Assembly: GCA_020536535.1 (NCBI GenBank)
Contig: JAHLWZ010000508.1
Span: 27,025 to 91,024, forward strand
Length of the DNA: 64,000 bases
From: Pelomyxa schiedti
Taxonomy: Eukaryota; Protista; Evosea
Reading direction: 5' to 3'
Position 1 is the stretch's first letter. Each line of letters starts with the position of its first letter. The notes beneath the pieces are model-generated. The model saw nothing but the letters and a program-made list of their open reading frames with translations. It did not search any database and was not told the origin of the DNA. Positions 23,411-34,256 of this stretch are shown here, piece after piece. Made by a program: the position numbers and the translations under genes.

Positions 23411-26400
23411 TTAGGGTCTCAGCTTGCAATAGGTGGTAAAATCACCCCAATAAGCAGTGTACCCAGAGTCCTGGAATATGACCCTCCAGTGTCGCCTGTT
23501 GTCATTGCTGTCTACCTCTGTCCTTACTGGTACCAGTGTTGTTCCAGCCAGTGTTCTCGTTGTTGGACATCTCTGAACAACAGCGAATTGCCAGTGGAAG
23601 CTGATTCCAACCTTGAGGCCCAGTGTCACTGTCCACCACCATCCATCGCCATCTATTGTTGTTCTGGTCATAGTGGCTCCTTTGGAGAAGTCCAGGGCCC
23701 CCAGCTCCGGAATATCGCCGCATATGGACAGAACTTGGTCCGCGTGGTGGGTTATGTAGTGGATGTTGAACTGAAGCAGGGCCGGGATTCTGCCACAGGG
23801 GTCGACGAGGTCGAATGTGAGTTTGTATATGTTGGGTCCCTGGCACAGACAGCAGAAGCTGTAGCCGCAGGAGCAGGAGACAAGGTTGCAGCCACCTACG
23901 TCGTATTGGATTGGCCGGTTGCACCTGGGGCAACCCCGCGTGTTGTTGGCAATCCACTGTTGAAATGTTAGAATATTGAAACCGGAACATTGAATTGCCA
24001 TCTACCTGTGCGGATAGAGCGTCTTCTTCCAAAACTCTTTTCTGTTTCTTTGCTTCTGGCTCGTGCACAAATAGCTTCTTGGAAATGTCCTCACACCTGC
24101 TCAGATATTACTTTCTGAGACATATATACAGTTGGGAAAAAAGTAAAAATACACACCGGGAACCCGGGTGATACTGGAGGGAGCACCTCGCACAAAAGTG
24201 AAATCCACACTCCCCACATATTGCCTCATCGCAGACAACAAGACCTCCATAACTACATCTGGGGCACCGAACGAAATCCGACATAATGCTTAACGTTTCC
24301 TGGAGCAGTCTTTCTTCAAAAGCGGCTTTGTTCCGAACGGAAGCCCTGAATGAGATTAATGGGAGTAATAATGTGGAAATACTGACAATATATCGTAATA
24401 AGAGGCTAAAGAGAGACATCCACGCCTTGGACAGCGGGGATGTGTTGACATGTTGTTTTTGAACCATTGATCCAAGCAATTCAAACAGAATCTGAGGTGC
24501 ATTAAAAAGATATGTTAAGGTAATAGAGGTTTCAACGCACGCATGCGAACAACGACTCAAAGAAAGAAGGAGGCCCTCTTCCAGACAGATCCCACACAAC
24601 CCCTTTGTTGGAGGTAATGGGGTCGGCTCTGACAGTTCATTGAAAATCTGCACCTGAGACTCTTTTGGATATTGCATAAGACACTGGGAGGAACAGTGTG
24701 TGCCAAGGGGAAGTGCTTTAATGGGAGGATGGTCTGTAAATAGTATACATGCGGAGTTCATTAGGAACTGTACCAGCTGGGGATTGGAGTTCTTTATGGC
24801 ATAGTCAATTGGGGTCATTTCCGGGAGGTCGTCATGTGCCTTGCAGTGGATCCTGCAATCAGCTCCAGATTCAACAAGCAGTTTGCATATTTCTGGAAAA
24901 TTTCCAGCAGCTGCAGCATGCAAAGGAGTTTCGCCATATGGTGGGACAACTACTTGCGCTTTCACCCCACGCTTAAGAAGAGTGAGTACACCTTCAATGC
25001 ATCCATGTTCACAGAGAAGATAGAGAACACTTGGAGGAATGGCAAGGAAACTCGTGGTGGGTACAAAGCCAGCAGGAGGTGTACGAAATTGTGAAGGATC
25101 GATATCACATAGTGGCGCAGCCCGTGCAAAGCGAGTGAACTGCACAGAATCCAATCCCCCACTGGCAAGACAGAGGGCCGCATAGTCCAGACAAGAGGGT
25201 TTAGTCTTCCACGTCACAGGGTGTGCGGATTCATTGCGCATGCATCCCCAGCGCTCCTTGAAATCTCGTGCACAGAGTCCTTCCAAGGCATCATCAGTTG
25301 TATTGTCAAGAAGCAGGTGAAGCAGGGGAACTGCGGAATGTTTTGTAGGAGCATCACTGAGAGCACGAACCAAAGCTGGTGAGAGTTGCCGACAGAATGA
25401 GAACTGGGAATAGGGAGAGCCCATGCACCTCTTGGGGGCCAGGACAGAGGAAGCCCCGAATCGCAGCAGTAGTTCGACTGCCTGAGGGTAATGATCCACT
25501 GCCGAAGCAAGTGCCCGGCAGTCGTTTGGATTAACTCCGGAGAGGAGAAGTAGCTCAGCAGGCTCAACTCCCCATTCCAGAGCGCATAGAAGTAGCGATT
25601 TCTTTCCAAAGAGTTTTGGGAGAACTATACCTCGCAGGTCGAGAGGTAGAACTATTGGCTCAGTATCAGCAGGACGAGTTGTAACTTTAGTGGAGCAGTT
25701 CGATAACCCAGGTAGGGTTGTATGGCTCCGGATTTCCCGGTCTGTTTGAGTGACAAGTGCCTTCAATAGGGCGATATTTCGGCGCACCAAAGAAGCTTCT
25801 AGAGCTACTAATTGGGTGCATCCATTACTTATTGATAAAGCACTGCGGGGCATGCGACCGGAATTTCGAATTTCATTCAGAATTCCATCGATGAAGTTCC
25901 AGGTCGTATAACGAAAAATCATTGTGATCTGTTCCTGAGGAACAGTTTGGCGTGCAACTTTTGGGTTTTTTATTTGCCATTCATAAGGCACATCAGCCGG
26001 AATAAGAATTGGTGGCTGACGGAGTGGTAGTGGGTCCCCATAATCGTCCGATATTTCTTTCACATCCAGTAATTTATAAGGTGATAACATACTTGGTATG
26101 GTCAGCAAACATGAAAGGGAAAAGAAACAGACACCTTTTATCAGGTACGGCGTGAAAGAGCCTTCCTAAATCGGACACAACCAAAGTACCATTTGTGTAA
26201 CACTGTATCCCTAATTCTAGGCATGACACAGGGCACACCCAGCGAGAAACGTTATCTAATTGCATAAAGCGCTGCAGGTCCTTCATGCTTGTGCGGGAAA
26301 TAATCCACTTTAAAATAAGAGTAACCTGAGTGTGAGACTGCGCAGAAGGCAGCGAATCCGCGGCAATCTTCAATGCCCTGTGCAAGGCAGGCGATTTGTT

Positions 26401-27066
26401 TTCCAAAGCTGGGCACTCATTGACAGTACTCGCACCAGCATGCAACAGAGATAGCACGGAATCAGTGTCAGTCCCATCCACAGCCAGTGCCAAAGCGCAC
26501 CCATCATCCGGGTCCGCTCCTGCCTGCAACAACAACTCCAAAGCCCTGTTGCACCACATCATAGCAGCAACAACAGGTCTCTGTCCCCTGCCTACATCCG
26601 GCATATTAATTCCCCTCAGGCTCACAGGCAGGCTCACACCCACAACGCCGGTCGGCCCCCGAACCGGCACATCAACCGCAACCGCCCAGGCGGCCGATGC
26701 GTTCGAACGGGAATTCCCCACATTTTCCCCACTCCCATTAGCCGAACCGCCCTCGGTGCGCGTGGCCAGCATGGCCTCGAGGCACCTCGTGGCCCGCTTC
26801 TCGAGGCTGAGGGTCACGCAGGCCCACAGGGGGCTCCCGCGCCACCGGGAGTAGCGCTCCGAGTACGCGTCCACCTCCCAGTCCCAGTCCCAGTCCACGC
26901 ACGAATTGTGGGTGCAGTCCGAGGCGGCGGGCGGCGCGACGCCGGGCAGGTTGGCGGGGTCCCACGAGGGGTCGCAGCCGAGGGACCGAGCCACCGTGTG
27001 CACGAGGCCCCTGTGGTCGTCCGCCGACACGAGCCCCACGAGGCGCCGCAACGTGCGCGGCCGCAT
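23411..27066 (-). CDS. Ankyrin-repeat RBR (RING1-IBR-RING2) E3 ubiquitin ligase with C-terminal CBM20-like domain
   Basis: ORFs 26074..27138, 24108..26108 and 23411..24001 are joined by GT-AG introns. ANK: ETPLHAAAAGNFPEICKLLVESGAD. RING1: CGIC...CSHA|FCLNC...CPRRGC. IBR: CPRC...CGECGFHFCARCSLQYHPGSRC. RING2: CPRCNRPIQYDVGGCNLVSCSCGYSFCCLC. In the same exon follows LQFNIHYITHHADQVLSICGDIPELGAL...WWWTVTLGLKVGISFHWQFAVV...DNRR...YW (CBM20 pattern). Confidence 0.85.
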
Positions 27067-27260
27067 TGCTCCGAGAAAAAAAACAAATAGTCGGTTCGGA
27101 CTTCGGAAGGGAATTGGGCGAATTGGAGTGGGAACCAATTGGCGGTGGAGTGGAAATGTGGTGCCACCAACAAAAACGAAATTGATTTGCCTGCTCGTTC
27201 AACTGTTGTTTGATGGGCTGAAGATTGATCATTTTATCAAAACAAACAACGACGGTACAC

Positions 27261-29691
27261 ATGTCTGCAACGACTGCGTCGGGAACAAGTGGGAGTGCGG
27301 TTGGTGTGGGTGTGACGGGTATAGCGGCGACGGTCAAGATCGTCACTGCTTCCGGGACAAAGCAGGTGACCGTCCAGGCTGACTCGTCGTGGCTCGGCAG
27401 CCAGCTCATCAATGCCGTCGATCCCTTGGGCAAAATCGTGCGCGCCCAACGTCGCTCACATTTCGCGCATTTGATTTTAGTTTTTGTTGTTGGTATTGGA
27501 TTTGCTGATGTTTGTCTCACACACAACAGAAACTACTGTGGGGTGGAAAGTTTATCAAGCCAGATGTCACTCTTGGTGAACAGGCACTCCCACCTGTAGT
27601 GAGAATCATCGCTCTGGCGGAAACTTCCCACGTTGTTGCCGCTGCAACCGGCTCTCCCTTGCCCTCGCTTGTGCGGACCCCTCCTTCCAATTCTCCAACA
27701 CAAGCACCAACCGATGCGACTGCTTCTGCTCCCACTCTTACTACGCCGGAAGGTCCCCTGCCCATCGATGTCAAAGCGCTCGCTTCGGCGGCCTCCAATT
27801 TGGTACGAGACACGTTCACTGTGGGAGACAACTAAGGTAATCCCTAGGCTTCTCGAACGGATGGGGGTACGCACCATGATGAAGATTACTTCTTCGAAAT
27901 TGAAGACCAATCTGGTAGACGCGTTCCCTTACCAGATAAGGACCGGCAAGCTTTGATAAAAGGACTAACCCTCCAATCCAAAGGTGAGAGTTTTCCCCTT
28001 CCTTTTATCTCACTGTCCTTCAGGAGAGAAATTGTTAAGGGAAGGAGATTTTAGTACCTCTCTGCAAGTTTTTCTTGAAGCTGACGAATCTTTTTCTCAA
28101 TGGTTTCCATTCCACCAATTAATACGAAGTTTAACCAACATAGTGACGACAAAATACTTTCTGCTGTGGACAATTATGCCATACTGTGTTTAGATGTTGC
28201 TTGGTGTTACTTGAAACAAAAGTGCGCCGCCTTCATGGGTGATGCAGGGTGGAGGATAAGTAGAGCAGAAACATACTTGAGTCAATCTCATGGAGCTGAT
28301 GGTCATCGCCTTAAAATTCTGCGGGTTTGTCCACTTCACACGTATCCTCAGTTTACATCCCCTAGAATGGAGCTGACAATGCTGAGAACGTACTCTATGT
28401 CCGCCTTAAAATTCTTAAAGCAGTACTTTCCTACTACACTGGAGGTGTGTGATTTTTTTTGGTTATGTGTGCTTTTAAGATTCCCTAGACCTCACTAATG
28501 CTAAAAAATTTATTGTCGAGGCCGGTGACAAGCTCCAAGGTATGATTTCTTTTTCATTTCTTTTCCTTACAACAAAAGCGCTCAGTGTTGACGATCTCGA
28601 CCTTGCACAAGTAATGTCCATGGGTTTCACGGACAATGAATCCCGTCACGCATTACGCTCGTTCCCGCCAAAAGAAGTAAAGCTCCTTGATCATAACACA
28701 AGAGCACTAAAAAACAACAGTTTGGGATTCAGAGGGCAATTGACTTTCTTATTCAAGCTCGTGAAGAGAAACTTGCTAAACGCACCGAAGAATTGCTGTA
28801 CTTTAAGAATTAGAAAAATTCTTTATGAACTCTCTCCAGGAGAGCAGCCGAAGAGCTGAGGAGAAGGACATTTGGCAGAACTGCAAACGGGTATGTATCT
28901 ACATTCCTATTCGCTCTTTTCACAGACTTTAGAAATTGGATTGACATGTCTCTGCTGAAAGGTACAATTTAGGGTACTATAAATTATTCTAAGGAACATA
29001 GAGCTGATGGCAAGCGGGTTCTTGGAGAAATTCGTTGTTGAAGGTAACTGGATTCCGCAAGTAGCTTACCTTAACGCTTTCACAGCTCTGAGGCAAACCA
29101 ATAACAACCGAGATGAAGCCGTCAAATTACTCCTCTTGCATGGTGATTTGCTTGAACCGGCACCACCACCCGTTCCCAAAGAACCCGAACTCTCTGACGA
29201 CGACAGTGAAAAGATTGCCCACCTCGTGTCTCTGGGATATTCCATCTCGAAGTCCAAAAGTATCTCCCCATTAATTCCCCAACTTCTCCTAATTCACCCA
29301 CAGAAGCATTGAAAACATGTAATGGTGACTTGGCACTTGCATCTGACCTCCTCATTGCATCAGCGGCCAACGATCCCCCAAACTCGGACACAGCCACCTC
29401 CGCGGAGATGGGCGATGACGAGGAGGCAGAAGCCGATGCCGATGCCGATCCCGAAGCGGACGCCGGAGCAGAAGCTCCAGTTAATCTAATCACTCCAGAA
29501 GAAGAGCAGAGACGGGTAATCCCTTTCCACACCATTAAACTATCAACTAAACGTTACACAAAACAACTCCACAGGCGGCAGAGAAGGACCTCGTGCACAA
29601 CGCTGACACTGACCCCAACTCGTACCTAGGGTGCTCCCTAGACGATGAGCAGTCAGTCTACAACGAGTACTCTGCCCTCATATTCCAATAG
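27261..29691 (+). CDS. NUB1: NEDD8 ultimate buster 1 homolog (UBL, NUB1 core, three UBA domains)
   Basis: N-terminal UBL (KLLWGGKFIKPDVTLGEQ); VDNYAILCLDVAWCY; UBA-like segments (VMSMGF...RHALR, MASGF...ALRQTNNNRDEAVKLLL, LVSLGY...ALKTCNGDLALA); acidic C-terminus. Confidence 0.8.
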
Positions 29692-29837
29692 TACCCCCCC
29701 CCCGTCTCACACACAGTCGCACTGTATGCATAACAGACAAAACAATTTCGTTTTTGTATGTTTCTTGAACACGGGATTCTAAGGTTTCTCACCCACAATT
29801 AAAGCCATCACTTCAAGGAACAAAAACCAAAAGAAAC

Positions 29838-31459
29838 ATGGCAACAACAAGCACCACGTCGAGCGCGGCGAGACGCGTTGAGACCCTCACGTCTCATTTG
29901 TTGTCCGGTAACTGCCGCCAAACGAACAAAGCGCGTCCAAAATAAAATGCAAAAACCGGATTATTTAATTGGCACACTACTCTTACTCTTTTTTTGTTTT
30001 TTGTTGCTTTATGGTGGTTTTTAATATAACAAGGTGGGATGCCAAATGGACCGATTAGGGTTGTTCAAATTGGACTTGGGCCTATTGGCCAACGTATGGT
30101 CAGGTGTGCACTATGAAACTTCTATTAATGAGTTAATACTATGTCCATTTGAGGTTTGCTTATGTATTATCCTTGATAGGGATATTGCTGCCCGAAAGAA
30201 CCTCGTTTTGGTAGCAGCAATTGATGCCAACCCCGCTATATTGGGCCGCAATGTGTATGACCTGTGCAGTGTGACAGGTTCCACAACAACTGTCACTGTG
30301 TCACCACCTTCCGCGATCGGAACTGTTCCGGCTCACGTTGCTGTTGTGACAACTGTATCTGAGCTCGTGAGGCTATTCCCTCTTCTCAAACAGTGCATCA
30401 AAGCCAAGTTGAACGTTGTATCTACATGGTCCGTTTGTCTATTTCCTTTTGTTTCAATATATACGGAAAGAATACTTACTATAACTCTACAGTGAGGAGT
30501 TATCTTTCCCGTTTCACAGCCACCCTGAGCTGGCACGCCAAATTGATGCTTTGGCAAAGGCCAACAACGTGTCTGTTTTGGTAAGTTTTTTTGTTATCCT
30601 CTTGGTGTTTTATTGACACCAACATAAGGGAACTGGAATCAATCCTGGATTCCTTATGGACGCACTCCCTGTCTTCATGTCTACCCTGTGCCGCAGTGTG
30701 AGGTCTATCAATGTTCAAAGACACCAAGACTCGAGGATTCGCAGATTGCCTTGTATGTACTAATATTTTCATTACCGTCTTAATATTACTGTAGTCCAGA
30801 AAAAAATTGGGTGCGGTCTTACACTTCCCGAATGGATGAAACTGCGTGATGCAGGAAAGATCAAGCATGTTGGTTTTGCTCAATCACTGAATCTCATTGC
30901 CTCTGCTTTTGGTTGGGAGGTATAATGCATGACTGTTACAGATCAGTAACGCTTTGCAGTTGGATAAAATTGAAGACATTGTTGAACCTGTGATTGCTGA
31001 AAAAGATGTTTCCAGCCCTCTGCTTAAAGTTCCAGCTGGAACCTGCTGCGGAGTCAGACAATGTAATTTTTAGTTATTTATTTCTGTATATTATATAATA
31101 GTCTACACAATCCTCCCAGATAATATTGGACACTTCCGCATTGAAATTAACTATCTAAATAGACGGCTATGGCTACATAAAAGGGGAACGCCGCATCGTC
31201 CTTGAAATGCACGCATACAATGGACACCCCAATCCCTGTGACACAGTGAATATCACTGGTGATCCTGGTACCAGAATTCCCACATATTTTATCAACATTC
31301 ACTCACATTCGCACAGATGTTACATCCACAATCATTGGAGGAGTTAACGGGGACATCTCCACATGTGCCATTATATGTAACACACTGTCCAGTGTTGTTG
31401 CATCACACCCAGGCCTCAGGACCATGGTTGATATTTCTCTTCCTCACTGGAACCACTGA
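29838..31459 (+). CDS. NAD(P)-dependent 2,4-diaminopentanoate dehydrogenase / native amine dehydrogenase-like (DapB-like Rossmann) protein with N-terminal PTS2
   Basis: IRVVQIGLGPIG (Rossmann), LVAAID, NVVSTC|EELSFP, GTGINPGFLMD, FQKKIG, HVGF, GGVNGDISTCAIICN; about 8 short introns. The N-terminus contains RVETLTSHL (29874-29900). Confidence 0.8.
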
Positions 31460-31551
31460 TTCCCCTCGATACTACCAAAAACAAAAAAACCTGGTTGAAA
31501 TAGGTGAAGAAAAATTGTTTTTTTGGCTGCTATTCAGGAAGGGATCAAGAG

Positions 31552-32778
31552 TCACAAAACATCGGTCACTGCATAGGGCTTGAATGAGATTCTGCAGATG
31601 ACAAAGCCAGAGAGAGCATCCCTAACCTCAATGTCATTTGTTTGGTAAGAGTAAGCACCAGTATCCTTGACAACCAGCTCCTTCCCAAAATTCAGGCTGG
31701 AACCACCTGGTTCCATGTACACACAGCACTCCCTGGTTGGATCCACAACACTGAACACTCTGACAACACTTGTGATACCCCTCCCACCTTCCCCTTCAGG
31801 TGCTGGGCACCTGACTTCAAAGTATGGCCCACCAATTGGCCACAGTTCTCCTTCCGGAAGTGGTGTCCTCCTGCCGGTGTTCAGGCACACAATCCCGCCG
31901 TTGTTTCTAAGCAGTGCATAGGTCATTCCATTCCAGCACAGAAGGCTTCTAATGCAAGAGGAGGAATCGCGGATATCACCACCACCACCAGCAGGAACTT
32001 CCAGTGGCCTCGCCACCACCCTGTTCTGCTCCAGGGTATCTTGCAGCTGAATGACCATGAATCCTCCACCATCCCTCCTTAGAACCACCAGAGAATCATC
32101 GCCATCGAATTCAGCAACACCGTGGACATCCCAGTCCATGGTGACCCAGTCACTCTGAGTTAAATTGCCATTCTCTATGTCATCAAAGTTCCACAGGGCC
32201 ATTGTGCCGCCCCCATAATCGATAATCACGGCCCACCTCCTGTTGGCCCAGGTGTCACAGTCCGCGAGGTCGGGCAAGGTCTCGGGAGCGAAGTACCGTT
32301 TCCTTGTGGTGTCGACCAGCTGCATCTCCCTTTTGGAAAATTTAGAGTCGGCGGCGATCAGGGCAAACCTGTCGCCGACGGCGGGGCTGGGCGGCGGCCG
32401 GGGCCCGACCATTCCCACCACCTCGTAGGTGTGGGCGCCGAGGCGCTCGAACCGCAGCATTGTGGGAGGGTGCACGACGCCGAGGGTGGGAGACACGCTG
32501 AGCCTGACCCACTCGCAGTCGCCCAGGGCGCAGTCGCAGTCGGCGAGCTGCAGCACGACGAGCCGGGCGGGCACGACGACCCACTCGCGGCCGATGGCGG
32601 ACAGCGCGGCGGGGGTGAGGGCCCTCGCTGGGCTGCGCCGCCCGCACCACCCCCCGCCGCCCGGCGGCCGCGAGGAGGAGATGGCTCCCAGGCCAAGCGC
32701 GACGAACTGGTCGCGGGCGAGGGTGTGGTCGCGGATGGGCAGGAGGTCGTCACCACCACTGCCCTTGCCGTAGCTCAT
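31552..32778 (-). CDS. Intronless member of a lineage-expanded hypothetical protein family (408 aa)
   Basis: Single ORF; N-terminal motif ARDQFVAL...CGRRSPARAL...IGREWVV...VSPTLGVV is shared with 36908..38056. Confidence 0.8.
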   Translation of the reverse strand: MSYGKGSGGDDLLPIRDHTLARDQFVALGLGAISSSRPPGGGGWCGRRSPARALTPAALSAIGREWVVVPARLVVLQLADCDCALGDCEWVRLSVSPTLGVVHPPTMLRFERLGAHTYEVVGMVGPRPPPSPAVGDRFALIAADSKFSKREMQLVDTTRKRYFAPETLPDLADCDTWANRRWAVIIDYGGGTMALWNFDDIENGNLTQSDWVTMDWDVHGVAEFDGDDSLVVLRRDGGGFMVIQLQDTLEQNRVVARPLEVPAGGGGDIRDSSSCIRSLLCWNGMTYALLRNNGGIVCLNTGRRTPLPEGELWPIGGPYFEVRCPAPEGEGGRGITSVVRVFSVVDPTRECCVYMEPGGSSLNFGKELVVKDTGAYSYQTNDIEVRDALSGFVICRISFKPYAVTDVL

Positions 32779-33158
32779 CGTTTTGTTGAGAGGACGCGGT
32801 TTTTTTTTAAGTTAGATCCTTGGGAGGATATAGACTGAGGGAGATGCCTTGCACTGGGGGAAATGAAGAGACAGATTGTACGGGAGTAGGTGTGGGAGAT
32901 AGAATGGGCTCGAGTGGCTCCCCCCAACACCCCATCACAAATCACGCCCAACTCAAGATCTTGAAAACAGAAAAGAACTTGTGTTTGGGCGCGTGAGGTA
33001 CGTACGTTAGCGTGGGTGTGCATTTCGTCGCTTGTTATTGTGACGTGTGTGCCTTCGTCGTCTTTGTTGTTGTTTACTTCTTGGTTCTTTTTTTTTACCT
33101 TTGTTTTTTTTTTTTTCCCCCACTCACGGGTTTGGGAATTAGGGGAGATATATAAGTG

Positions 33159-34116
33159 ATGCCGATCATATACGGGGTTGTGGCGAGAGGGAACTCCGTT
33201 CTTGCGGAGTTCACCCCAAACACAGGTAACTTTGCTGGCGTGTCAAGGCGCATTCTGGAAAAAATTCCACAGACTGACTGCAAAATGACCTACACATACG
33301 ACAAGTATGTGACTGTTATCCTTTTTCTGAAAACGGAATGAAAAATGAAACTTCGCCACGAATGCGATGCACCCTCTCACGATGAAAATGCACCAAACTG
33401 ACCAAAAGCGCTGTGCTTTCAATTGTAGTTACAACTTCCATTATGAAGTGGATGACTCGTTGACATACTTGTGCATGTGTGAAAAGGACTTCTCTGTGAG
33501 GTCTTTTTTCAAATTACTTTGGATTCTCTTGTGATAATTGCGCAGGAAAGCATTTGGATTTCTCGATGATATCAAAAATAGGTTCAAGGCTACATATGGT
33601 GACAGGGGCAAGGTTGTACCTGCAGGTTCTATGAACTCGGAGTTTTCTCGTGTGCTGGCAAAGCAAATGGTTGAAACTTCCTTACCATTACACTCCATTT
33701 ATTGCATGTAGGACTATTTTTCCAACGACCCCGGCGCTGACAAAATAAGCAAAGTCCGAGCCGATGTTGCAGAAGTCCAGAAAGTTATGACGGAAAACAT
33801 TGGTACCAAACTTCGTCCATATTATTTTTGTTTACTTGCCTTTAGAGCGCGTGCTTGACCGTGGGGAACGCATTGAACTTCTTGTGGACAAGACAGAGCA
33901 CCTCCAAACAACAGCTCTTGGGTTCAAGAAGTCCTCCACACAACTCAAAAACAAAATGTGGTGGTTGAATGCCAAATTGATTGCTATCGGCGTAGCCATA
34001 CTCCTCGTAAGTCCCCTTCTCCCGTAGTACTAGCCTCAAGCTTACCCAAACACAAGGTTTTGATTTTGATTATCATCCTTGGAATTTGTGGAATAACTTT
34101 CTCCCGTTGTACTTAA
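33159..34116 (+). CDS. VAMP7: Longin R-SNARE (VAMP7/VAMP71-like)
   Basis: Longin domain (MPIIYGVVARGNSVLAE...YNFHY...RKAFGFLDDIKNRF...EFSRVLAKQM); R-SNARE motif (KVRADVAEVQKVMTENI|ERVLDRGERIELLVDKTEHL); C-terminal TM. Confidence 0.93.
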
Positions 34117-34256
34117 AATAAGACCTCATTTAACTCTATTGACTTTATGCCTTCCCTACAATTTACTTTCTTTACCGAGAGACAAGTTTTTACTGTCACC
34201 TCCAAGGTTTGTATACAAACCAAGGAGGTAGTAATAAGTTAAGTTTGTTTTTTAAG

